Shown: piece by piece, positions 1 to 8,016 of the stretch
How the letters are laid out: each line of letters starts with the position of its first letter
Position numbering within the stretch: position 1 is the stretch's first letter
NCBI GenBank assembly: GCA_020445315.1
Contig: JAGRGW010000009.1
Span: forward strand, 1 to 55,064
DNA from: Gammaproteobacteria bacterium
GTDB taxonomy: Bacteria > Pseudomonadota > Gammaproteobacteria > Chromatiales > Chromatiaceae
Reading direction: 5' to 3'
Length of the DNA stretch: 55,064 bases
Translations under genes and position numbers: made by a program
Notes under the pieces: generated by a model
What the model saw: the letters and a program-made list of their open reading frames with translations, nothing else
The model's database searches: none
What the model was told of the DNA's origin: nothing

Positions 1-220
1 TTATATGCGCCCGTAGCTCAGCTGGGTGAGGCGCGGTCGCCGTAAGGCGATGACGAGCCACTTAACGTGGCTCGGCAAGTAACGAACGCCCGATCCGGCA
101 GGATTGGGCCGGGGAAGCCGCGCAGCGGCGTGAGTACCGCCCTTGTCGTTCGCAGAACGACCCGCACGCCGCAACGGCGTTGAAATGACAAACAGTTATA
201 TGCGCCCGTAGCTCAGCTGG
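1..220 (+). repeat. Partial tRNA-Arg 5'-half duplicate with structured inserts; 25-bp direct repeat (1-25 = 196-220)
   Basis: ttatatgcgcccgtagctcagctgg occurs at 1-25 and 196-220. gagtaccgccct occurs at 132-143 and 224-235. Six short hairpins lie between 37 and 180. The left edge is cut by the window. Confidence 0.85.
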
Positions 221-278
221 ATAGAGTACCGCCCTCCGAAGGCGGGGGTCACAGGTTCGAATCCTGTCGGGCGCGCCA
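202..278 (+). tRNA. argX: tRNA-Arg(CCG)
   Basis: 77-nt cloverleaf: acceptor stem GCGCCCG/CGGGCGC, D-arm GCTC..GAGT, anticodon arm CCGCC-CT-CCG-AA-GGCGG, T-loop GGTTCGAATCC, encoded CCA. Confidence 0.97.
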
Positions 279-473
279 TTTCCCAGATTTCACAAGCGTT
301 CTGAAAACTCTTCCCTGCTGTCGTCTGCAAGGTTTTCGCTTTCCGTCGCTCTCCATTGAGTCCGTCAAATTGACGACCCGATAAGTCCCAAGCCGTATCG
401 AGCGTGTTCGATATGCGCCACGACCGTGCCTTGCGTAAGCACCACTCCGTGATGGCGATGCTGATCCGCCCCC

Positions 474-506
474 CTTAAGGTTGGCTTAATCCTTCGGCGC
501 CATACT
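474..506 (+). promoter_or_regulatory. PmrA/QseB-type (OmpR family) direct-repeat box followed by a -10-like CATACT
   Basis: CTTAAG-GTTGG-CTTAAT at 474-490 (hexamer-N5-hexamer) and CATACT at 501-506, upstream of the FG-GAP gene. Confidence 0.5.
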
Positions 507-630
507 TGTCGGTCAACTTAAAAAAACCAGCATGTCAGCGCCCTCATCAGGTGAATTGGTCGAAATCCACGATCGGCAAGACCGGTCGAGAAACCAGGCC
601 TTGGGCGTCCGCAAAAAAAGCCATGTAGCC

Positions 631-2193
631 ATGAAAAACAAATCGACACACGACCGAGTTGCCCACGCGCGGTTGCTCATCGTCATGGCGCTGTCTCTGG
701 CGGCAAGTCTTCCAGCCCAGGCGGCCTTCAACCCGGCAGTGGCGAAAAAACTGGACGTAGATGTGCCACTCGACTACCTGTCAGCGGATCTCAACGACGA
801 CGGGGCCAGCGATCTTGTGGTGGCCGGCGACACCGCAAGCGGATCACGCCTTAACATCTTGATCGGCGACAGTGTTGGCGAGCTCAAGATCGAGCACGAG
901 GAACTGTTCACCGCCCCGTTCGGGTCCGTCACCCTCGGCGACGTCAACAACGACGGCACCCCCGACCTGCTCGTGCACCTGGCCAAGTCGCCGGGGCAGT
1001 CCGACAGTGTGTGCGGTACCTCGGGAGACAACGTCGTGCTGCTGGGCAGCGTGTTTGAAGGCCTGCCGCAATACACCCTCGGCTCCTGTTTCGATGGCGA
1101 CTACGTACAGGCTTTCGATGCCAATGCAGACGGCAACGACGATCTTCTGGTGGACAGCCGGGTCCTGTTGTCGAATGCCGACGGCACCTTCACGCAATCG
1201 CAAGACTTCGGCACCACCACCGAGCTGCAGATTTCCGACGTCAACGGCGATGGGATCCCGGACGTGTACGTCGACGCAATGCAGGCTTTCTGCGGCAATG
1301 GCGACGGCACCTTCCTCGCCTGCGACAGCATCAACTCGGTGATCGGTGGCCTTTTGGACATGAATGGCGACGACGCTTCGGATGTAGTCACCGCCATCCC
1401 CACCGCCTACGTACAGCAGGCCTACACCGTGACCCTGTTCAACTTCTGCGGTGGCGGCCGCACCTTCTACAAGTCCGGATCCGGGCGAGGTAGCGGGCGC
1501 TATCGCCCCTGGCGACCGGCCAGCGGGGTCGCCTGCCGAGGTACCGCGACACGCTACCGCGACATCGTCACCCGTACCGCGATTGAAGTCACGCTAAACC
1601 TGGGCCAGGGCGTGACCAGCACCCTGGTCAGCCAGGATGTCGACGGGATCATCCAATCGATCCACGTGCAGGACATCAACGGCGACGGCGTAATGGATGT
1701 CCTCGCGAGCCTCGGCGGCACGTCGCTGATGCTGTTTCGCGGCAAGGGCGACGGCAGCCTCGGCACACCGGAACCCATCAGTTCCACGCACGGCGGAAGC
1801 GCGCTGTTCATGGACGACTGGAACGGCGACGGTCTCCCCGACATTGGCTGGTTCTACGTGCCACCGGACACCGACCCGGAACTTCAGGTCATGTTCCAGG
1901 TGTTGGCCGACAGTGACGCCGACGGCCTGCGCGACGACGATGAAACCTACCTGTACGGCACCGACCCCAACCTGCCCGACAGCGACGGCGACGGCATGGA
2001 CGACAACTACGAGGTAAGCAACGGTCTCGACCCTCGGAGCGACGACACCGCGCTGGACAAGGACCTCGACGGCTTCAGCAACCTGCAGGAACACGACGCC
2101 GGCACCGATCCTTCCGATCCGGCCTCGCACCCCGGTTTATCACGCGCGGCCGCATTGATCCTGTGGACCATCCGGCCGTTGCTGCTCGAGTAG
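631..2193 (+). CDS. Secreted FG-GAP/VCBS-repeat protein with C-terminal thrombospondin type 3-like acidic repeats
   Basis: Signal peptide ending LPAQA; repeated DxNxDGxxD motifs (DLNDDGASD, DVNNDGTPD, DINGDGVMD, DWNGDGLPD); DSDADG/DSDGDG/GTDP C-terminal repeats. The ORF is open from 532; ATG 631 was chosen because it fits the signal peptide. Confidence 0.8.
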   Translation: MKNKSTHDRVAHARLLIVMALSLAASLPAQAAFNPAVAKKLDVDVPLDYLSADLNDDGASDLVVAGDTASGSRLNILIGDSVGELKIEHEELFTAPFGSVTLGDVNNDGTPDLLVHLAKSPGQSDSVCGTSGDNVVLLGSVFEGLPQYTLGSCFDGDYVQAFDANADGNDDLLVDSRVLLSNADGTFTQSQDFGTTTELQISDVNGDGIPDVYVDAMQAFCGNGDGTFLACDSINSVIGGLLDMNGDDASDVVTAIPTAYVQQAYTVTLFNFCGGGRTFYKSGSGRGSGRYRPWRPASGVACRGTATRYRDIVTRTAIEVTLNLGQGVTSTLVSQDVDGIIQSIHVQDINGDGVMDVLASLGGTSLMLFRGKGDGSLGTPEPISSTHGGSALFMDDWNGDGLPDIGWFYVPPDTDPELQVMFQVLADSDADGLRDDDETYLYGTDPNLPDSDGDGMDDNYEVSNGLDPRSDDTALDKDLDGFSNLQEHDAGTDPSDPASHPGLSRAAALILWTIRPLLLE

Positions 2194-2287
2194 GCATCCG
2201 GAATTCCGAAGTCAACGGCGGACCCGATCAGACAAGGTCCGCCGAAGCGCGTCGCCGACACAACGGGTGTCGAGCCAGCGACCGAAT

Positions 2288-2430
2288 TTGCCCATCACTC
2301 GCAGGCAAAGTGAACCTGGTCAACCCGGCCAGCGAAAGCAGGCCGTCGTCGTTGACATCACCGTCTTTGCCACTGCTGACCGGGTCGGGATCGGCCTATT
2401 GCGCGCATCGCCATGGTGTGCGCGCTTCAC
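2288..2430 (-). pseudogene. Decayed paralogous fragment of the EF-hand gene at 4612-4869
   Basis: Minus strand reads ADPDPVSSGKDGDVNDDGLLSLAGLTRFT versus AEPDLASSFEDGDDNDDGLLSLAEFTKLT in the intact gene. There is an in-frame TAG just upstream and a 1-nt indel before the conserved stop context ccatcactcg. Confidence 0.75.
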
Positions 2431-2587
2431 CCCGCCAACTACAAACCGGGCAGGCCAAGTCAACACACCCTGGTTAGTTTTCGGCGCGCCGATCAACGCG
2501 CACCTCGACAAGCGACCGGGGTAGATCGGGTGACGCTCGACGGAGACGGCTACGTGAAGACCGTCCCCGTCGAAACGATACTCCCGA

Positions 2588-3247
2588 TCAGCCGAACGAG
2601 CCCATGTCACCCGGATAGCTGACCTCTTCCAGTTTTCCGGTATCCACATCGTAGATAAAACCACGCACGGTTACCGCATCCGATCCCTCTGTCGGAATCC
2701 ACGGATGGTTCATGATGTTCGAGATCGATCGCCGTACGTCCCAACTCAGCCGCTCCATGTTCTTGTCGTCCCGCGGTGAGTCCAGCGGCTCGAGCGGTCC
2801 GCGGAAGGCATGGAAAGCGGAAGGCGTGGCCGAAGACGTCTTGCACGACACGAATTCACGGCTGGTTGCCTTGCCCAGCAGTTCCTCGGCTGCCGGATCG
2901 CCTTCCAGGCCTGCCTTCAACAGGTCGTCGGTGAAGGCGAGCATCCCGCATCGCGTGTGATGGATCAGGATGATCTCGTTGGTGTTCAGCAGGTGGTGCG
3001 AAATGATCAGGCAACGGATGGCATCGTCGGTGACCACGCCACCGGCATTCCTGATGATGTGCGCCTCACCGGTCTGCAGGCCCAGCAGGTCCTCGACATC
3101 GATGCGGGCGTCCATGCACGCGACAACGGCCACCCGCTTCGCCGGCTGAATGGCCTGCTGGCCGGGGTGGGTTGGCTTGTGTACGGCTTCGCCGTTCGCA
3201 TACAACTTGTTGTTTTCGAGAAACTTGTCAGTCATTGAATCGCTCAT
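2588..3247 (-). CDS. Beta-class carbonic anhydrase
   Basis: Zn-ligand motifs CMDAR and HTRC, plus HIIRNAGG and C-terminal [11 protein letters not shown]; AG-rich RBS upstream. Confidence 0.9.
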   Translation of the reverse strand: MSDSMTDKFLENNKLYANGEAVHKPTHPGQQAIQPAKRVAVVACMDARIDVEDLLGLQTGEAHIIRNAGGVVTDDAIRCLIISHHLLNTNEIILIHHTRCGMLAFTDDLLKAGLEGDPAAEELLGKATSREFVSCKTSSATPSAFHAFRGPLEPLDSPRDDKNMERLSWDVRRSISNIMNHPWIPTEGSDAVTVRGFIYDVDTGKLEEVSYPGDMGSFG

Positions 3248-3437
3248 GTTCTCCTCCCTCTCCTCGTCTTGTTTTCGCTATGGAGACTTGAGCGTAGTTG
3301 TCAACGTGGGCGCCATCAAGGCAGACAACCAAACCGGTGTTGCAGTGGCCAGCGGGTTGGAATTCAGGGTTTGTCGGCCCCCGCTGAATACCAACTGCCG
3401 CCAGGTTTTGCGCCGGAACGCCCCTCAGCGGTCCCGG

Positions 3438-3827
3438 TCAACGATTCGGCGGCACCGGCGATTTCGGTTTTGGACGTCGCGTATCGACCAGGTGGCGCAG
3501 GGCCAGCACGGGATGACGGAGCAGCATGCGTGGCCCGGCGTATCGCATCACTTCCTTTACGCGCTCGCGGCGCTTCTGGCTGTAACAGTGGACCTCACAC
3601 AGGTTGCAGGCCGGCTTGTCCTCTTGAAAAGGGCAAATCTCCAGGCGCTGACTGGCATAGGCGAGCAGGTCGTTGCACGCGTCGCAAAGCCCTTCGCCCG
3701 GGGCATGGTGATCCCGGCAGAAGATGCCGATCATGGCCGTGATCGTGGACCGTTCGCGCGCGATACGTGGCCCGGGCGCAACGGGCGGGGCCGGGGGACT
3801 GCCAACCGCGTGCCTCGTTTCGTTCAT
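3438..3827 (-). CDS. ygbA: YgbA (nitrous oxide-stimulated promoter family) Cys-rich protein
   Basis: RERSTITAMIGIFC..HH, LCDAC, CPFQEDKPACNLCEVHCY, VMRYAGPRML.RHP family pattern. Confidence 0.85.
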   Translation of the reverse strand: MNETRHAVGSPPAPPVAPGPRIARERSTITAMIGIFCRDHHAPGEGLCDACNDLLAYASQRLEICPFQEDKPACNLCEVHCYSQKRRERVKEVMRYAGPRMLLRHPVLALRHLVDTRRPKPKSPVPPNR

Positions 3828-3851
3828 TCGCCCGCGCTCCTGTCCATGGCG

Positions 3852-4232
3852 TCACCGATCAGGCGACAAACGCGGCTCCCGGGAAGGCTGCCGCAAGATG
3901 AAGATCGCACCGAGGAGCATGATCATCGCCGTCAGCGTGACGATGCCAACCCCCACGTTCGCGATAACGATCATGTAGGCCAGGCTCGCTACCATCATGA
4001 CAACGGCGGCAACCTTGGCCCTGAGCGGGATGATGCCGTGTTTCTGCCACCGCTGCAGCGGTGGCCCGAACAGGCGATGGGAATACAACCAGCCGTGGAA
4101 ACGCGGCGAGCTCTTGGAGAACAGCCACAGCGCGACCAACATGAACGGAACCGTCGGCAAACCGGGAATGACGATACCGACGGCACCCAGGCCGAAGCAG
4201 CACCAGCCGAGCAGGAAGTATGCTGATTTCAT
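3852..4232 (-). CDS. ybaN: YbaN/DUF454 inner membrane protein
   Basis: GWCCFGLGAVGIVIPGLPTVPFML..FSKSSPRFHGWL..HRLFGP pattern; start trimmed to MKSAY. Confidence 0.85.
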   Translation of the reverse strand: MKSAYFLLGWCCFGLGAVGIVIPGLPTVPFMLVALWLFSKSSPRFHGWLYSHRLFGPPLQRWQKHGIIPLRAKVAAVVMMVASLAYMIVIANVGVGIVTLTAMIMLLGAIFILRQPSREPRLSPDR

Positions 4233-4611
4233 TACAGATCCACGGCCAACCCGGGACGAGACTGCAATTCTGACATACCCGATGCGTTGCGTTTCCCCAG
4301 GCACCGGGGATGGGGTGTCTCTCAAGCAGCCGGGGTGGCCGAAGCTTCAGCTTCGGCAACCGCCGCTATCTCGGTCATGCCTCGATTAAGATGGGCAGGG
4401 GGTATTGAGGGCCCTGACGGGGCCGGATGTCGCCCCGCAACGTGCTGGCGAGAGCCGGGCAACCGGTGGCGACAGCCGCGGGGCACACCTCCGAATCAGA
4501 GGATGCCTGTCAGCGCGTCGGGGCGCTTCGACAGTGGCAACGGCAGTCCCGGCCTCCAGCCAGTGGAGGCCGGGTTACGGCAGTCGCCGGCAGGCGACTG
4601 CCTTGCCACCA

Positions 4612-4869
4612 TCACTCGTCCGTGACAGTGAGCTTGGTGAACTCGGCCAGCGAAAGCAAACCGTCGTCGTTGTCATCGCCGTCTTCGAAACTGCTGGCCA
4701 AGTCGGGCTCGGCCTCGGCCTCGTCCTTCGACAACATGCCATCACCATCGGTGTCGTACGACTTGAACATTTCGGCCGCGACAGTCGGGTCGACGGCGGC
4801 AATACCATTGCCAAAGGCCAGCGAGGCCGTGAGCAAGACAGTCAGCGGAATAAGCGTTTTCATTTCCAT
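4612..4869 (-). CDS. Small secreted two-EF-hand protein
   Basis: Signal peptide; EF loops DTDGDGMLSKDE and DDNDDGLLSLAE; GGGGA RBS before ATG 4869. Confidence 0.8.
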   Translation of the reverse strand: MEMKTLIPLTVLLTASLAFGNGIAAVDPTVAAEMFKSYDTDGDGMLSKDEAEAEPDLASSFEDGDDNDDGLLSLAEFTKLTVTDE

Positions 4870-5451
4870 GGTCCCCCAAAAAAGTGTAAGCAACCAGATG
4901 CCTGCACGTAATTCCGTGGGATCTATCGCATCGAGGCTGGCAAGGTCTTGGGGGCCATTGACCCAGTCTGAAGGGAGCTAACCGGAGCGGTGCAGCGATG
5001 CAAATATATGCTTTCCCGAAGGCAATACAAGGGGGTCGAAAAAATATTTTTCGTGCGGGCCGAGGGGGCTCGGCAAGATCGATAAGACGACGTAAAAACA
5101 GGCAAATCCGAGCAACAGCGCTATCCACGAATCAACCACTTTCGGCGCCGCAACGCCGCCGTGATTCTCAAGAACCCAAGGGTTCTCGACACGCTTGGCC
5201 GAGGTACCCGCGGGGCATCGATCCGGCATGCGGAAGATGCCCGGCCAGGCCGCGGCAGGGCATGCCTGCCGGTTCCCACACCGTCATCGTGGCCGGCCGC
5301 GCATTGAACGATTCGTTCAGTGGGACGCGCGCCAGCCCCCGGATTGAACGATCCGTTTTCCGACTGCGCCACTGGGGAATGCCGTTCCACCCCGGTTTCG
5401 GTGCCAGGCCGGTTACGGTAAGCCATTGACGCAACGGTGTTTGCGGTTGCG

Positions 5452-5471
5452 CACTTGTCACAGATCAAGTG
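5452..5471 (+). promoter_or_regulatory. FNR/CRP-family-like box upstream of the multiheme cytochrome
   Basis: TTGTC-ACAG-ATCAA (5455-5468) inside the palindrome CACTTG..CAAGTG, about 105 bp before the start codon. Confidence 0.5.
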
Positions 5472-5575
5472 AATGGACCGGCCCCGCCCGCACCGGAACG
5501 GTTCCTGCTGTCTGTGTACTGGACAAGCCTGTACCGATGCGTACCAGGCGCCACACACACCACCAGGAGTTCGCC

Positions 5576-7957
5576 ATGAAACGGCTGTTATTCACACTCA
5601 TGCTGCTGGCCGCGTGGAGCGGCCTGCAGGCCGCGGTGACCAAGACCGCGCCATCCGGCAAGACCGGGTGTCTGGCGTGCCACGAAGGTATCGAGGACAT
5701 TCGCGACGACAACGCGATCATGATGCTGCAGATCAAGGCCATCGGCGCGGCCAATGGCGACCCGGAAGGCTGCGTTACCTGTCACGGCGGCGATCCCAAG
5801 GCGACAGACTATGAAAACGCGCACAAGGGCTCACCCAGCGGTCTGAAGAATGGCAATGGCCCGAAGGCCTTCTACCCCGACCCGGGCTCGGTGTGGATCG
5901 CCGAACACAGCTGTGGCCAGTGCCACATCAATTACGCGTACCGCGTCGAGCGTTCGCTGATGAACACCGAGGCGGGCAAAATCCAGGGCAACCTGCACAC
6001 CTGGGGCATCGCCGAGGTCCAGGACCACAAGGTGCCGTGGGGCAACTATGACGTCAAGGATACCGACGGCGCGGTGCCGCAGACCGGCACGCCCGAGTAC
6101 AAGGAATACATGAAGGCGATGATGGCCGCGCACAAGGAGCAGTTCCCGACCGAACTGACCCAGGTCCCGCAGCCGACCGTCGAAGAGATCGAGAACGATC
6201 CGAAGCTGGCCGGCTTCACCTACCAGCGCCAGCAGTGCCAGCGCTGCCATGTCGGCATCAAGGGTCGCGAGAAGCGCGGTGACTACCGCGGCATGGGCTG
6301 CTCGTCCTGCCACATTCCGTATGGCAACGAGGGCTACTACGAGGGCAAGGACCCGACCATCAACAAGGAAGAGCGCGGTCACATGTTGACCCACAAGATC
6401 GCCGGTACCCGCAAGACGGTGGTCAAGCACAACGACGTCGAGTTCTCTGGCATCCCGGTCGAGACCTGTAACTCCTGCCACAACCGTGGCAAGCGTATCG
6501 GCGTAACCTACCAGGGTCTGATGGAGTTCCCGTACGGCTCGCCTTACAACGCCGACGGCGACAAGCAGCCGAAGCTACATACCAAGAAGTACCTGTTCAT
6601 CTCCGACGACCTGCATCACCAGATCGAGTCGCGACCGGAGAACCCGAAAGGCGGCCTGCTGTGCCAGGACTGCCACACGACGATCGACATGCACGGCGAC
6701 GGCAACATCTTCGGTACGACGCTGGCGCAGGTCGAGACCGAGTGCCAGGACTGCCACGGCACGACCGACCAGTTCCCATGGGAACTGCCGCTCGGCTACT
6801 CGGAGGAGTTCGCCAAGGAACTGCCGCAGACCGAGCGTGGTCTGGGCGAAGGCCTGCTGATGGAGACCATGGCGTTCGCCACGACCTACGACAAGCGTGA
6901 CGGCTACCTGCTGACCGCACGCGGCAACCCGTATGGCAACGTGGTCAAGGACGGCAAGAAGGTCATCATGCATTCGGCCACCGGCAACGACTTCGAAGTG
7001 CCGCTGCTGAAACAGCTGAAGATCGACAACACCTGGAAGTCGCCCGACGCCATGGTCGCAATGAGCAGCGTCGAGAAGCACAACGAGAGCCTCGAGTGCT
7101 ACGCCTGCCATGCCTCCTGGGTACCGCAGTGCTATGGCTGCCACGTGCAGGTCAACTACGGCAAGGACAAGTCGGGCAAGCCGTACAGCGACACCGACTG
7201 GCTGGCCGGTGGCTCGATCCGTGACGAAAGCGGCCAGACCGCAGAGTCGCCGCTGGGCACGCATGGCCTGAAGTCCCCGGGCAAGGTATTCGAGACCCGT
7301 TCGTACCTGCGTTGGGAAGAGCCGGTCCTGGGTATCAACGGCGAAGGTCGCGTGACCCCGCTGATGCCGGGCTGCCAGATCGTGTATACCGTGTTCGACC
7401 GCAACAACAAGGTCGTCGCCCTGAACCAGCTCGGCAAGTCGCTCGACGAGCAGAAAGAGCTGGGCCAGGAACGCGTGCCCGATGCGATCGACATGGCACC
7501 GGTGCAGCCGCACTCGGCACAGCGCAAGGCCCGTACCTGCGAGTCCTGCCACAACAACCCGAAGGCACTGGGCTACGGTATCTCCGGCGGCGTGTTCCAG
7601 ACGCGCTACCCGGTCGACATCGTCGAGGACCTGATCGACCAGAAGACCGGACAGGTCATTCCGGGTCGTCACCAGATCCAGATCCCGAAGATCGCCGACC
7701 TGGACTACGACTGGTCGACCATCATCAAGGATGGCCAGCAGACCCAGACCGTCGGTACCCACTGGCCGCTGTCGCGCTCGCTGCCGAAAGCGATGCGTGA
7801 CGGTATGGAGCGGACCGGCCTGTGCCTCGGTTGTCATCGCGAGATGACCAACACGGAGCTGTGGGCCAAGGTGTCGACCCCGGGTACGCTGAGTGACCCC
7901 GAGCACATCGAGATGCTCAACCGGTTGCTGAAGACGTACGCCGCGTCGAAGAAGTAA
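5576..7957 (+). CDS. Large secreted multiheme cytochrome c (12 CxxCH motifs)
   Basis: AGGAG RBS and signal peptide MKRLLFTL..LQA. Heme motifs: CLACH, CVTCH, CGQCH, CQRCH, CSSCH, CNSCH, CQDCH x2, CYACH, CYGCH, CESCH, CLGCH. Confidence 0.92.
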   Translation: MKRLLFTLMLLAAWSGLQAAVTKTAPSGKTGCLACHEGIEDIRDDNAIMMLQIKAIGAANGDPEGCVTCHGGDPKATDYENAHKGSPSGLKNGNGPKAFYPDPGSVWIAEHSCGQCHINYAYRVERSLMNTEAGKIQGNLHTWGIAEVQDHKVPWGNYDVKDTDGAVPQTGTPEYKEYMKAMMAAHKEQFPTELTQVPQPTVEEIENDPKLAGFTYQRQQCQRCHVGIKGREKRGDYRGMGCSSCHIPYGNEGYYEGKDPTINKEERGHMLTHKIAGTRKTVVKHNDVEFSGIPVETCNSCHNRGKRIGVTYQGLMEFPYGSPYNADGDKQPKLHTKKYLFISDDLHHQIESRPENPKGGLLCQDCHTTIDMHGDGNIFGTTLAQVETECQDCHGTTDQFPWELPLGYSEEFAKELPQTERGLGEGLLMETMAFATTYDKRDGYLLTARGNPYGNVVKDGKKVIMHSATGNDFEVPLLKQLKIDNTWKSPDAMVAMSSVEKHNESLECYACHASWVPQCYGCHVQVNYGKDKSGKPYSDTDWLAGGSIRDESGQTAESPLGTHGLKSPGKVFETRSYLRWEEPVLGINGEGRVTPLMPGCQIVYTVFDRNNKVVALNQLGKSLDEQKELGQERVPDAIDMAPVQPHSAQRKARTCESCHNNPKALGYGISGGVFQTRYPVDIVEDLIDQKTGQVIPGRHQIQIPKIADLDYDWSTIIKDGQQTQTVGTHWPLSRSLPKAMRDGMERTGLCLGCHREMTNTELWAKVSTPGTLSDPEHIEMLNRLLKTYAASKK

Positions 7958-7966
7958 CCCCCTGAC

Positions 7967-8002
7967 AGGCGCCCCCGGTATCATGCCGGGGTCGCCTTTT
8001 TT
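7967..8002 (+). terminator. Intrinsic terminator after the cytochrome gene
   Basis: AGGCGCCCCCGGTA-TCA-TGCCGGGGTCGCCT stem followed by a T run. Confidence 0.75.
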
Positions 8003-8016
8003 GTTGCCGCAGGAAT

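Noticed and set aside
26-195. Group II or group I intron in the tRNA (the insert begins GTGAG, similar to GUGYG)
   Set aside because: Too short; no domain V or group I core is visible; and the downstream tRNA is already complete, so no splicing is needed.
4338-4602. Intergenic hairpins (4338-4357, 4579-4602) as a REP family
   Set aside because: Their sequences are unrelated to each other and I saw no further copies in the window; they are more likely individual terminator or stability stems.
4995-5017. NsrR-like box GATGCAAATATATGCTTT near ygbA/ybaN
   Set aside because: Half-site spacing is off and the right arm is poor; it is also far from the ygbA start.
202-5500. Integrase-type genomic island at the tRNA 3' end
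   Set aside because: No integrase gene, and I saw no repeat of the tRNA 3' end downstream in the window.
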